From: Carcharhinus amblyrhynchos
Lineage: Eukaryota
NCBI GenBank assembly: GCA_965287045.1
Contig: OZ336871.1
Span: 36,890,001-36,954,000, forward strand
Length of the DNA: 64,000 bases
Direction of reading: 5' to 3'
Notes under the pieces: model-generated
The model's database searches: none
The model's input: the letters and a program-made list of their open reading frames with translations, nothing else
What the model was told of the DNA's origin: nothing
Part shown: one piece after another, positions 14,247 to 26,695 of the stretch
How the letters are laid out: every line of letters begins with the position of its first letter
How positions within the stretch are numbered: position 1 is the first letter of the stretch
Program-made: the position numbers and the translations under genes

Positions 14247-14953
14247 TACATAAGAACATAAGAAATAGGAGCAGGAGTAGGCCACCTAGCCCTTCGAGCC
14301 TGCCCCGCCATTCAATAAGATCATGGCTGATCTGTTGTGGCTCAGTTCCACTTTCCCGCCCTCTCCCCATAACCCTTAATCCCCTCTCTTATCAAGAACC
14401 CATCAACCCGCTTCTTAAAAATATTTAGCGAGGCAGCCTCCACCACTTCAACGGGCAGAGAATTCCAGAGATTCACCACCCTTTGAGTGAAGAAGTTCCT
14501 CCTCAACTCCGTTCTAAACCGCCTCCCCTTTATCTTGAGGCTGTGCCCCCTAGTCCTACTGTCTTTTTTGAGCGGGAAGAGTCTCTCCACCTCTATCCTA
14601 TCCATCCCATTCATCATCTTATACGTCTCAATGAGATCTCCCCTCATTCTTCTAAACTCTAACGAGTACAAGCCTAGTTTATTCAGCCTCTCCTCATAGC
14701 TCAATCCCCTCAACTCCGGTATCAGCCTAGTAAACCTCCTCTGCACTCCCTCCAGGGCCAAAATATCCTTGCGCAGGTGCGGCGCCCAAAACTGCACACA
14801 GTACTCCAGCTGCGGCCTCACCAATGCCCTATACAGCTGCAGCAAGACCTCCCTACTTTTATATTCAATCCCCCTCGCTATGAAGGCCAGCATCCCATTC
14901 GCCTTCCTGACCACCTGCTGCACCTGCAAGCTGGGTTTTTGTGACACATGCAA
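14247..14953 (-). mobile_element. Young 5'-truncated CR1 LINE
   Basis: Uninterrupted 203-aa ORF2 C-terminus (14342..14953), CpG-rich, with an (AAGAACAT)n tail on the + strand. Confidence 0.95.
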
Positions 14954-14954
14954 C

Positions 14955-15675
14955 TCAATTCCAGAACACTGGGATCAAATTAAATCAGCTGTACTAGAGC
15001 CTTGTGTCCAGTCCACTGGGCTGAAGCATCAACATCGTCAGAACTGGCTCAATAAAAGAGATACTGAAATATGTGACCCCTGGGAACAAAATCTAGCAGC
15101 CTCATTGCCTAGGTGAACAATCCAAGGTTTTAAGTCAAAAGGGTAGCATTCCAACAACTCAAGACTGATGCCCAAAGGCAAATTAGGAAAATAATGGCTA
15201 TGTAGTGTGAAGAGAAAGCCTGAAAGATTTGACAATATATTGACCATCATGATATGAAAAGCTTTTTTGGAGCCACCATCAATTGACTAATGTCAACTGA
15301 TCAAAGTCCACTTTGTTCACAGGATGGTGTCTCTTTTCTTAAAGATGACAAGTCCATCCTTCAAAACTGGAAAGAATATTTTCAACAGTTTCTCAACTGA
15401 TAATCCACACTGGCAGCTGATACTCTCCAGGCTTATTCCTCAGTAGCTTGTGATAGAATCCATGGTTGAACCACCATTGATGGGAGAGCTGCAACAAACA
15501 ATCGAATGGATAAAAAAAAAAGCCTGCTGAAGTCTTCAAAGTTGGTGGACATTTGCTTACATCAAGACTCCATGCACTCATTTCATGGATTTGGAAGGAA
15601 AAGCAACTTTAGTCTGACTTCAGGATTGGGACAATAATACTATTTTCAAGAAGAGAAATAAATCATGCTGTTGGG
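14955..15675 (+). mobile_element. Degenerate RTE-clade LINE fragment
   Basis: HRQNWLNKRDTEI resembles RTE KHQDWFDEND.EI. Also WKEYFQQFLN and EVFKVGG..LTSRLHALISWIWKE, the region preceding the RT domain. Confidence 0.6.
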
Positions 15676-17022
15676 ACACTACCTCGCCCCCATGAGCTCC
15701 ACGAATATTGTGAACCCTCCTCCACACACAGACATCACAACAGCCCCCCCCACATGCTGATCACTTCTGGTGCCAGTCTACTTACCGCAACCCCCCCCAC
15801 CCCCCACCTGCCCCACGGACATTTGGCCCCCCTGCCAACTGCTGCTGTCTGCAGAATTCTCCACTTTCCACCTCGATTGCACCGGGCAGAGTTCCCTCCA
15901 TTCCTGATTCCACCCCCCCTGCCAATTGCCACCCCTGCAAAGTTCCGTCCCTCCCACTCCAATTACCCTATTATCTGAAATAATCCCATTAACAAATAGT
16001 GTGATCTTCAGAGATCCAACAGCAGCCAGCTAGAGTGGAATTTAGTCTGCCTACAATTTTCTGATACAAGACTTGGGTGGGTGAAGGTTTTTGCCGGCAG
16101 TTTGACTCAGAAAAGTACCCTTTCTCCTGGAAAATTAATTCCAATAAAATGGAGAAAATGATGCAAAAACTGACTGAGCTTTCTTCTCAGAACAAAAATA
16201 AGAATGTTTTGCGATATACAGTTTTCTTTTCTAAAATAAGACGGACACAAATTTACTTTCTTGAGTGTGTGGATTTAGAAGTTAAATTGGACAAACGTAC
16301 AAATGTTTGCATGTGCTTGACTCCAGCCCATACAATTTCGCAAGAAAAATTAGGACAAAGCAAAATGTAGGCCTATATGGCTTCATGCTTTCCAAATTAC
16401 CCAGTATACCAACTTCTAGCTGCTCTTTCAATAATTCAGTTGCATTTTCCTATGATTCTTCCTGGGAACCCTTCACAGTTATTCAACACCTCCAATTTGA
16501 GCAATTGCGCTGAATTTAATCTCTTGTCCTGTTCTCAGATGCATTTAAAATTATTGTTCTGGGTTTATGATCGATATCCCTTGTGTGTAAAAGTATAAAA
16601 TCTCCTGTGAGGCATTCTTTTGAAAATTGAGAAGTCATATCAAATAGTTGTTCATTATGTATCACCCTGATACTATCCAGCTTTGTTGGTCTCCACCACA
16701 CTGTGTCTAGGGACAAGAGGACCCCTTATACTGTATTGCAAGAACCAGAACCTTAGAGGGTAGTATGAATGTGACTGACCAAAGCATTCTTGCAGAAGTT
16801 AATAAAAGTAGATTAGGTTTTTGAAGTAGACCATGGATATAAATTTAGTGATGAAGATTAAATGAACAAAACATCATGAAACATATGGAATGGAATTTTA
16901 CGTTGGCAGATTTTTCCAGTCCCACTGAAGTCAATGGAGTTTTGAATGGCTCTCTGCATTTTATAGCCCAACCCTCATAATAGAGCAGTAAAATTCTGCC
17001 TGTACACCGGTCACACATCTTA

Positions 17023-17340
17023 GGGTGGCATGGTGGTACGGTGGTTAGCACTGCTGCCCCACAGTGCAGGGACCCAGGTTGGATTCCTGGCTTGGGTCAT
17101 TGTCTGTGTGGAGTTTGTGCATTCTCCCCATGTGTGCATGGGTTTCCTCTGGGTGCTCTGGTTTCCTCCCACAGTCCAAAGATGTGCAGGTTAGGTGAAT
17201 TGGCCATGCTGAATTACCCCTTAGTGTCAGGGTGATTAACTCGGGCAAATGCATGGGGTTATGGAGATAGGTGGACCCGGATGGGATTAATAGGTCAAAT
17301 GGCCTCCTTCTGCACTGTACAATGCTATGAATCTATGAAT
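17023..17340 (+). mobile_element. HE1-type V-SINE
   Basis: tRNA-like head GTGGTTAGCACTGCTGCC, V-domain GGTTTCCTCCCACAGTCCAAAGA and a CR1-derived tail. Confidence 0.9.
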
Positions 17341-17529
17341 CTTGGCGAGGCTGTTTGTATTGGGAGCAGGGAATGGGACCGATTGTGGGGTGGGAGAGAT
17401 AATGCATAGTCAGTGATAGTGGAACATCACACACCCCAAATCTGGAGGTCTCATGTTTCTCCATTATTAGATTGGAAATCTTTTTAACCTTCTAAATACT
17501 AGAATCAAAGTATAAAATCAGAGAAGAAA

Positions 17530-19085
17530 GCCAGAGATCAAAAATATAGAAATGTAAAATGGTCACAGCACAGAAGGATGCTATTCATCTCATTGAACCC
17601 ACTCTAGCTCTCAAAAGGAACAATTTGCTTCTGTAATCCTGCAATTATTTTCCCTTCAGGTGCTTTTTCAACTCAAGGCCACAATTGAAATCTGCTTCCA
17701 GCATACTGTCAGATCATAACCAGTTACTGTATAAAAATGTTTGTCCTCGTGTTGCCTTTTAAATTTTTGTCAATCACTTTAGATGGCATTCTCTAGTTCT
17801 TGAATTTTCTACCAATGAGAACAGATTCTCTCTATTCCGTCTAGACTTGTCATGATTTTGACTACCACTATCAAATTTCCTCCCAATCTTCTGTTCCTGA
17901 AGGAAAAGAAGCCCAATTTCTCCAATCTAACCACATAACTGAAGCCCCTTATTCCTAGAACCATTCTCATTAATCTTCTTTGCACCTTTTTTTACCCTCT
18001 CATGTCTCCCAAAATGCAGTACCCAGAATTGGACTTAATACTCCTACTGAGGTTGAACCAGTATTTTATAATGATGCACAATAATTTCCTTGCTTTTGTA
18101 CTCTATGTGCTGAACATTACAGGCTACTTGTGGATGTGAAAATAGGCGGATAAACCCATAATTTCAGACACTTTACCATCAGTGGCATGCTCATTGCTGG
18201 TCTACCTGCTCTAACCCCTTCCCCTTAGGGATATCTGAGAAGATGTCAGATGGGTTGCCCAACCTGTGACCAATTTGAGGCTCTTAAATGGGCAGAGAGG
18301 TCTCTGCCAATGGGAAGATAGGCCTCTGCCAATGTGTAGCCTGGCAGGTGTAACCCTGCAAGGCTGCTGGTCAGTGAAAAGGATCTTTCCCAGGTCCCCT
18401 GTGGCATTCAGAAGGTCTTCCCACCCTCCACAACTGTTTTACTTACCTGCATCCACCCTACCACCATCCTGTCCAAATGCCGCCAACCACCTCTCACTGG
18501 GGCCTGTCAGTCAGGCCCCAGTGAGATCTCATACTTAATTGAATGTCCAGGTCCATCACTGAATGTCGTCTCCTTGGCCTAAATGCATCACCAGCAGTGG
18601 CCACCACACTTGCTTGGTTCTGCCAGTCTGCACAGTTGCCAGTCTCCAATTGGCTGGCAACTCTGTGCAGTGGGATGTCCTCCTGGAGATGGATGGAAGT
18701 CCCATCTTACAATAACTAAAGGGTCATCACCTAAAAAACTAAAATGGGGCATGCCAGCTAAATGGAGGCAGTCTTAAACACGGAAATTTACACATGGATC
18801 CAGAGAGCCCAGCATCAGCATAAAATCCTGCCCTACGCCTTTATTTGTAAAGATGAGGATTCCATAGGTCTTTTAAACAATCTTCTTAAGCTATCCTTCA
18901 TGTTCAATGATTTGTGCACATATACCCTCAGGTCCCTCCACTCCTCCATCCCCTTTCGAATTATATAATGTTACTCCTACCAAAATGAATTACTTCACAC
19001 TTCGTTGCACTATATTTTATCTGCTGCATATCTCACCTATTCCAGTAGCCTGTCTATGCGATCTTGAAGTCTATCATTATCCTTT
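17530..19085 (-). mobile_element. Old CR1 fragment interrupted by a Harbinger-type non-autonomous element (about 18107-18832)
   Basis: CR1 motifs occur on both sides. The insert ends in the TIR-like TAAAATCCTGCCC. Confidence 0.6.
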
Positions 19086-20063
19086 CTAAAGTTGTACAGT
19101 TAAAGCACATGGGATTGCAGGTAATGTCTTGAGATGTATAGAAAGCTGGTTAGCAGATAGGAACAAAGATTCAGCATAATTGGGTCTTTTTATGATTGGC
19201 AGGTAATGAATAGTGGGGTACTGCTGGGGTCTTTGCTGGCACCCCAACTGTTCACATGATATATCAATGATTTGGAAGAGGGAACTAAATGTATTATGTC
19301 CAAATTTGTAGATGATACAAAGTTGAATGGGAGGGTGAGCTGTGAGGAGAATGCAGAGATGCTTCAGCATGATTTGGACATCTGTGTGGCAAATGCAGTA
19401 TAATGTAGATTATTGCAAGGTTATCCACTTTGGTAGCAGTAATAGGATTATTATTTGAACAGATTATTATTTTAACAGATTATTATTTGAATGAGTATAA
19501 ATTGAGAGAGGTGGATACTCAGCAAGACCTTGGTGTCCTCATGGATTAGTTGCTGAAAGTAAGCACATAGGTACAGCTGACAGTAAAGAAGGCAAATGAT
19601 ATGTTGGCCTTCGTAGCAATAGGATTTGCGTACAGGATTAGGAATGTTTTACTGCACTTGTATAGGGCATTGGTGAGACCACACCTGGAGTATTGTGTGC
19701 AATTTTTGTGCTCTTATTTGAGGAAAAACTTCCTTGCTATAGAGGTAGTATAGCAAAGGTTTACCAGACTGATTCCTGGGATGGCAGGTCTGTCATATGA
19801 GGAGAGACTAAGTCGGTTAGGATTGTATTCTTTGGAATTTGGAAGAAAAAAATTCTAACACGGTTAGGTAGGATAGATTCAGAAGAATGTTTCCGATGGA
19901 GGAGTCCAGAACTAGGCGTCATAGTTTTAAGATAAGAGGAAAACTTTTTAGAACTGAGGTGAGGAGAAATTTCTTCACCCAGAGACTGGAGAATATATGG
20001 AATTCATTACCATAGAAAGTAGTTGAGGCCAAAACATTTGTGATTTCAAGAGCAAGTTAGATA

Positions 20064-20728
20064 TAGAACATAGAACATAGAAAAGTACAGCACAGTACAG
20101 GCCCTTCGGCCCTCGGTGTTGTGCCGAGCTACGTCCTAACCTAAGATCAAGCTATCCCACTCCCTATCATTCTGGTGTGTTCCACGTGCCTATCCAATAA
20201 CCATTTGAAAGTTCCTAAAGTGTCCGACTCCACTATCACAGCAGGCCATCTATTCCACACTCCAACCACTCTCTGAGTAAAGAATATACCTCGGACATCC
20301 CTCCTATAGCTCCCACCATGAACCTTATAGTTATGCCCCTTAGGAACAGCTACACCCACCCAAGGAAATAGTCTATCAATGTCCACTCTCTCAATCCCCC
20401 TCATCATCTTATAAACCTCTATTAAGTCACCTCTCATCTTCCTTCGCTCGAAAGAAAAAGGCCCTGGCTCCCTCAACTTTTCCTGTTAAGACCTGCCCTC
20501 CAAACCAGCAAGGCTGCATCCTTGTGAATCTCCTCTGCACTCTCTCCAACGCTTCCACATTCTTCTTGCAGTGAGGTGACCAGAACTGTACTCAACATTC
20601 CAAATGTGGTCTCACCAAGGTCCTGTATAGTTGCAGCATAACCCCACGACTCTTAAGCTCAAACCCCCTTTTAATAAATGCTAACACACGATAAGCCTTC
20701 TTCACGGCTCTATCCACTTGAGTGGCAA
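20064..20728 (-). mobile_element. 5'-truncated CR1 LINE fused to CDS2-derived sequence
   Basis: ORFs 20592..20858 (ATQVDRAVKKAY..LYRTLVRPHLE) and 20147..20476, with an (AGAACAT)n tail. Confidence 0.9.
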
Positions 20729-20887
20729 TATATATTTTGATGTTCAATAATAAAGTTTTAAAAAGAGGTTTTGCATCAAACCCTGTGTGCTGATTAAGAC
20801 AGCACGATAAGTGGTTTGGTGAATTGCTAGCTGCTGACTCTGAGAATGTGTGGTCCACCCAATGTTGTTTTTAGACTGAAACATTAC

Positions 20888-21027
20888 CTGCTAAGTAGAG
20901 AGCAAAGGAAATGAAGCGGTGGTATTTGCTCAGGATCCGAAGGGGCTCCTCTCTCTGAACCAGTGTGAAAAACGTATCTGTTACCGTCTCGCCGTAGAAG
21001 AAGTAATTGGCACACAGCAAGAAGTAC
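20888..21027 (-). pseudogene. CDS2: Isolated 140-bp exon of CDP-diacylglycerol synthase (CDS2-like) with intact splice sites
   Basis: Encodes (W)YFLLCANYFFYGETVTDTFFTLVQREEPLRILSKYHRFISFALYLA(G), nearly identical to vertebrate CDS2 as I recall it. Acceptor TTTTTCCTTTTTAAG| and donor |GTAATG, phase 2/1. No other CDS exons were recognised in the window. Confidence 0.85.
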
Positions 21028-21057
21028 CTTAAAAAGGAAAAACGCGTATTTATAGAT

Positions 21058-21350
21058 ATAGAATTCCTACAGAAGGCAGCCATACGGCCTTTTGAGTCTG
21101 CACTGACAACAATCCCACCCAGGCCCTATCCCTGTAACCCCACATATTTACCGTACTAATCCCCCTGGCATGAACAGACAATTCAGCATGGCCAATCCAC
21201 CTAACCCACGTATCTTTGGACAGTGGGAAGAAACCGGAGCACCTGGAGGAAACCCACACAGACAAGGGGAGAATGTACAAAATCCACAGACAGTGATGCA
21301 AGCCGTGAATCAAACCCAGATCCCTGGCGCTCTGAGGCAGCAGTGCTAAC
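21058..21350 (-). mobile_element. HE1-type V-SINE
   Basis: Reverse complement of the V-domain and tRNA head. A second, internally deleted SINE lies at about 21369-21500. Confidence 0.85.
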
Positions 21351-21510
21351 TAAGCAGTGCTAAACAAGTTTATTTATTTAGTAGTGTCACAAGTAGGCGC
21401 GGGGAGAACATGCAAACTCAACATAGACAATGATTTGAGGCCGGAAATCGAGCCCAGGTCCCTGGCGCTGTGAGGCAACAGTGCTAACCACTGTGCCACT
21501 CTGCTACCCG

Positions 21511-21852
21511 GGTGAGAGGGGAGAAATACAAATGGGTCCAGAGGGACAGTTTCTTCACACAGAAGGTGGTGAGTGTCTGGAACAAGCTGGCAGAGGTAGT
21601 AGTAGAGGCGGGTACAACTTTGTCTTTTGAAAAGCATTTAGACAGTTACATGGGGGAAGATGGGAATTTCACAGTAACTTCATTGCAGCGTTAATGTAAG
21701 CCTGACTTGTGACTAATAAACTGAAAAAGGTGGGTATAGAGGGATATGGGCCAAGTGAGGAAACTGGGGCCAGCTTGATGGTTCAAAACCGGGTGGCATG
21801 GACAAGTGAGGCTGAAGGTCCTGTTTCCATGCTGTGAACCACTGTGACTCTA
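21511..21852 (+). mobile_element. CR1 3' fragment with a SINE tail inserted (about 21652-21720)
   Basis: SFFTQKVVSVWNKL motif and a CR1 3' end. Confidence 0.75.
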
Positions 21853-22924
21853 TAAAAGACGTGATCTGATCAGCCATGATCTTAGTGAATAGTGGGGCAG
21901 ACTCCAGGGGTTGAATGGCCCTATCCCTGCTCTTATTTTACGTCCCCCACACTTGGGGCTAAAGGAATCAAGGATATGGGGGAAGGGAGGATCAGGATAT
22001 TGAATTTGATGATCATAATGAATGGTGGAGCAGGCTCAAAGAGCTGGATGACCTACTCCCGCTTCTAGTTTCAATGTTTCTAAATATTTCAAAATTCTAT
22101 GTCATCAGCAAATTTTGAAATGCACCCAAGTCTTGGTCATTAAAATAGATCAAGAAAAGCACTGGTCTTAATACTGACAGCTGGAAAAATTTACTTCCTA
22201 CCATGTTCCTGTCCAAAAATAACCATTCACCACTAGTAATATGTGTTTAATGCAATGATTCATCATAGGGATCTGTCCTGAAAAGATATGTTGATCTTAT
22301 ATTGAGACCAGTATGTAAGTGTAGTCATGCATTATTGTGTCTTTTTTTAATTGAAGAAAATGCTTTACCGCATCATACTGGAAAAGAAAATGGGCACGGC
22401 TTACTTCAATATACTTGGATGCATCTCATAGGGTCCTGGGGTCTTGTCAACTTTCAGTTTTGACAGTCTATTCATCCCTTCCTCCTTATCAATTTTGAAC
22501 CCTTCTAGAGGCAGAATTTCTTTGTCTGTCACTAAGGGAGGAATTTTACATGCTTTCCCCACCTATCGATGGGCACAGCGAGCTGGTAAAATCACTCAAG
22601 AGCCAAAAAATTAGGATCATGCCAAATTCTTGGCTCTTACAATTTTATGAGAGCCAGATTTTCAATGAGGTCAGCCTCTTACTGGAAATGGGCGAGAGGC
22701 TGAATAATTTACTTAAATATATTTAAACTTGAATTTCCATATGTTTAGTGAGCCCAGTGCTCAATCGTCCAGGCTCATTTGCCTTTATGGCCTCACACCT
22801 CCTCCCCCCACACGCCCCCCCCCCACCCCCAAAATGAGCAACAGTCTGTTGGTTAAGCTGGTGGAACTGGAGGCCATTGAGGCCTCCCCGGGGAGGCCAA
22901 GGGTTAGGGCATGTGCACATTTAG

Positions 22925-23520
22925 TAGTACCTTGGGTAGTTGCTTATGCAATAAAAATGTATAGTTGTCCTGTAACTTTAGAATGGTATTGGAGTGATCA
23001 GGGCCTTCTCTTCAGAGAGGTATTGGACTGGCCAATGCTATCTCTCTCAGCAATTGTTGGTCAAATAAAGATACATCTTTGAGCAGGATACTGACTTTGT
23101 GAGTCTTCGTATTAGGTGAGGTTTCAGCATTACTTAGCTCTGAAAAAACCCTGCAACAATATAAAATTTGGAAGGACTGTAAACAGTGATGAAGCATAAA
23201 TCTTCAAAAAGGCATAGACAATTTAGTGGAGTGGGCAGATAGGTGGCAGATGAAGTTCAGTGTGGAGAATTGTGAAATGATGCATTTTGGTGGGAAGAAT
23301 TTGGAGAGATAATACAAAATAAGAGGTAAAATTTTTAAGGGGGTACAGGAGCAGAGGGATCTGGATTATATGTGTATAGATCATCGAAGGTGGCAGACAG
23401 GGTGGAGAGAGCAGTTAATAAAGGACATAGTGTTCTGGGATTTATTAATAGGGGCATGGAGTACTAGAACAAGGTGGTTATGCTGGACTTATACAAGACA
23501 TTACTTAGACCTCAGCTGGA
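22925..23520 (+). mobile_element. Degenerate CR1 RT fragment
   Basis: LVEWADRWQMKFSVENCEMMHFG and LYKTL.RPQL motifs. Confidence 0.7.
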
Positions 23521-24318
23521 TTATGGGATACAATCTTCCCAAATTGCACAGAGTGCTGGATCAGGTGAGAAAAGTTGTGTGAAACTCACCAGTTTGTCTA
23601 AGGAGACATGAGTAATGTACCAGAAGTTCTGAGAAATACAAGTTTAGTGAGGAGCTGAAGGAAATCGATACCAGGAGAGAAATGGTTTGGGAGAAATTAG
23701 TTGGATTAAAGGCCAAGTAAATCTCTAGGGCCTGATAATCTTTATCCAGAGTATTTAAGGAAGTGGCCCTAGAAATACTAGATTCACTGGTGACCATTTT
23801 CCAAAATTCTCTGGATTCTGGACTGTTCCTAGAGATTGGAAGATAGCTAATATAAACCTGCTATTCAAAAAGAGAAGTAGAGAGAAAACAGAAACTATAG
23901 ACCAGTGAACCTAACTTTGGCAGTAGGGAAATTGTTAGAATCCATTATCAAGGATTTCATAGTAAAGCATTTGGAAAGCAATGGTATAATCAAACAAAGT
24001 CAGCATGGATTTACGAAAGGGAAATCATGCTTGACAAATTGATTGGAATTCTGAGGATGTAACTGGTAGTGCTGAAAACGAAGAACCGGTGGATGTGCTT
24101 TATTTAGACTTCAGAAAGTTTTCGAAAGGTCTCAAACAACAGATTGCAAGTAAAGTTAGAGCACATGAGGTTATAGGTAATTTCTTGAAATGAATAGAAA
24201 GCTGATTAGCAGACGGGAAGCAAAGAGTTGAAATAAATGGGTCTTTTCCCGATTGGTAGGCGGAGACTAGTGGGGTTCTGTGGGTTCTGTGCTAGGACAC
24301 ATTATGTTCTAAATGTAT

Positions 24319-26695
24319 TGGGTGGAATCCTTCCAAAAAATTCCTAAGGCCAGAATTCTTTGGCAGTTCACGCTGGAGTAATTCTCCACCCCCTGACCAT
24401 GGGTTTCTTGCTGGCTTAGAATGACGTCAATGGGAATTCTCGTTGACAGTGACAGGACCAGAGAATCCTGGTGTTAGCAAACAATGCGCCACCTCCCACT
24501 TACAGGAAACATGCTGCTGGGAGGCCAGAGAATCTCGCCTTAAATGTCAAAACGATGAGAACAATGGAGTGATCTGCAGCAGTCTCTTCGGTGCACTCCA
24601 ATCATCCATCTCATCCTGGCAGCAGTCCCGTCCATCACACTTGGAATGTTCACCTTGACCCACTTATGGACACCCTGTGGCCATCCAACACCCAACTTCC
24701 CAGCATCCTCCTCAAATCCCTCTGGCACCCCAGTCACAACCCCCTGTTTGGTGAGGCACAGTGCCAATCTATGCCACTCATTTCCCCCCACCACCCTTCC
24801 CCGCCTCCACCCCTGCCTGGACCACCAGCCATCAAGCGCTCAATCGTCTCCTTATGTCTCCACAGGAGAAGATGGCGCATAAGAGAAGAGAGCAGGAGAA
24901 GACCAGTGGCAGAACCTCCTAGTTGCAATTCTTAACTCCTTGAGGAATGAGCGATGGAGCTCACAGGGGAGCTATTTGGCAGGGCTGTGATTGACCGCGA
25001 TGTTGGAGTATGCCACAGAAGTGAGGTTCTAAAAAAAAATTCTCAAGTAAGTGTTGAATTGCCCAGATATCTGTTTTCCCTAGCACTTACCCATGTGTCT
25101 TCTCTTGCAGGAGGAACACCAAATGAGCCGCTCCCCCCGTGCCCCCCCCCCCCCCCCCCCCCGCATTCCCCACAGGCCTGCCCCCTCTCCTATTGACCTC
25201 TGACAATACCTCGGAGGAAAGCTCTGAGGACAGTGCCATCCAGGTGTCAGAGACATCACCTGCCACATTCACCAGCGCAGAGACACACATCTCGGCAGGA
25301 AGAATTAGCAGATAGGTTTCAGAGTTACTTTCTGCACCACACAGCTGCTGATGCACATGTGCAATGGCATGGAAGATAAGGGCAGTCATCACCTTAACTT
25401 CCATCACGAGTAAGGTGACCTCCTCCCCCACAAGTGCCAGGTCCATGAAATATGGCGCAAGTGGCTCAGGCGGAGCCTTCGGTAGCACATGCCATACGGC
25501 AGCTCCTGAAAGAAAACACATGTCCTGTACAGCAGGAGTGTCTTCCTTGGCCATTTTCTGCCCTCCCCCTCAGGTCAATATGCGGCCAGGTCCTGACCTG
25601 GACCAGCAGCTCCCTGTTGGCTTGGTGTGGCCTCTTACCTGGGTTGACTGTACCATGGGAGGCAATGTCTATCAACTGACATGTTAGTGATCGCTGCCAG
25701 TTTTGCTTAGATACTATGGTATCTAATCCAATATTAAAATTTGGCGTTTATTGGTAGGGGGATTGAATTTAGGAGTCGCAGCGTCATGTTGCAACTGTAC
25801 ACAACTCTGGTGCGGCCGCACTTGGGGTACTGTGTGCAGTTCTGGTCCCCACATTATAGGAAGGATGTGGAGGCTTTGGAGAGGGTGCAGAGGAGGTTTA
25901 CCAGGATGTTGCCTGGTATGGAGGGGAGGTCCTATGAGGAGAGGCTGAGGGATTTGGGGTTGTTTTCGCTGGAAAGAAGGCGGCTAAGAGGGGATCTTAT
26001 TGAAACATTTAAGATGATTAGAGGTTTAGATAGGGTGGATAGTGATAGCCTTTTTCCTCTGATGGAGAAATCTAGCACGAGGGGGCATGGCTTTAAATTA
26101 AGGGGTGGTAGTTATAGGACGGATGTCAGGGGTAGGTTCTTTACCCAGAGGGTGGTGAGGGATTGGAATGCCCTGCCTGCTGCAGTTGTAAATGCGCCTA
26201 GTTTGGGGGCGTTTAAGAGGTCCGTGGATAGGTTTATGGACGAGAAGGGATTGGTTTAGGTTAGTGGGTCATTGTTTTGTAACTGGTCGGCGCAACATCG
26301 TGGGCCGAAGGGCCTGTTCTGCGCTGTAATGTTCTATGTTCTATGTTCTATTTAATATCCATTCTTGCTCTGGAGGTGGAGTAGGGGGGGTGCGGTGAAG
26401 ACGGACAGAAGGAAAGACAGTCCATAAGGTTATCCATCCCTGGCCCCTAAGTCCCTTCCAGCAGCTTGTGTTCTTGTGCGTCTGAACCCTGGCAACCCAA
26501 CATTTTTCCCAGTGAGCATAATGGTGGCTGTAGGAAGGTCCATTTTGAGGAACTCTTGCAGTATAAACCTGCATATACCCATCCAGACATCTGGTGCAAA
26601 GTGGCTTCCAGACATGGTGTGCTGTTCAGACAGATGATAGGGAAGCACCCTCCTGACTTCTATGCGACAACTGCCCCTGCTCTCCCCCCCCACCC
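24319..26695 (+). mobile_element. Harbinger/PIF-derived non-autonomous element with Myb/SANT-ORF remnants
   Basis: TIR-like GGGTGGAATC and peptide remnants EKMAHKRREQEKTSG and ELTGELFGRAVIDRDVG, resembling the Harbinger accessory protein. Contains a young CR1. Confidence 0.5.
25741..26350 (+). mobile_element. Young 5'-truncated CR1 (HER1-like) LINE
   Basis: Open 172-codon ORF2 C-terminus, CpG-rich, with a (TTCTATG)3 tail. Confidence 0.95.

Larger units (their letters stand above)
19087..22082 (+). mobile_element. CR1 LINE split by about 1.9 kb of nested insertions (20067-21951)
   Basis: RT motifs run 19087-20066 and break after TTAGATATAG. The sequence resumes as CTTGGGGCTAAAGG at about 21952, the continuation seen in the homologous copy at 27437-27480. 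Confidence 0.85.

Noticed and set aside
17023-17100. tRNA genes at SINE heads
   Set aside because: The A/B-box heads continue into the V-SINE body and CR1 tail, so they are not standalone tRNAs.
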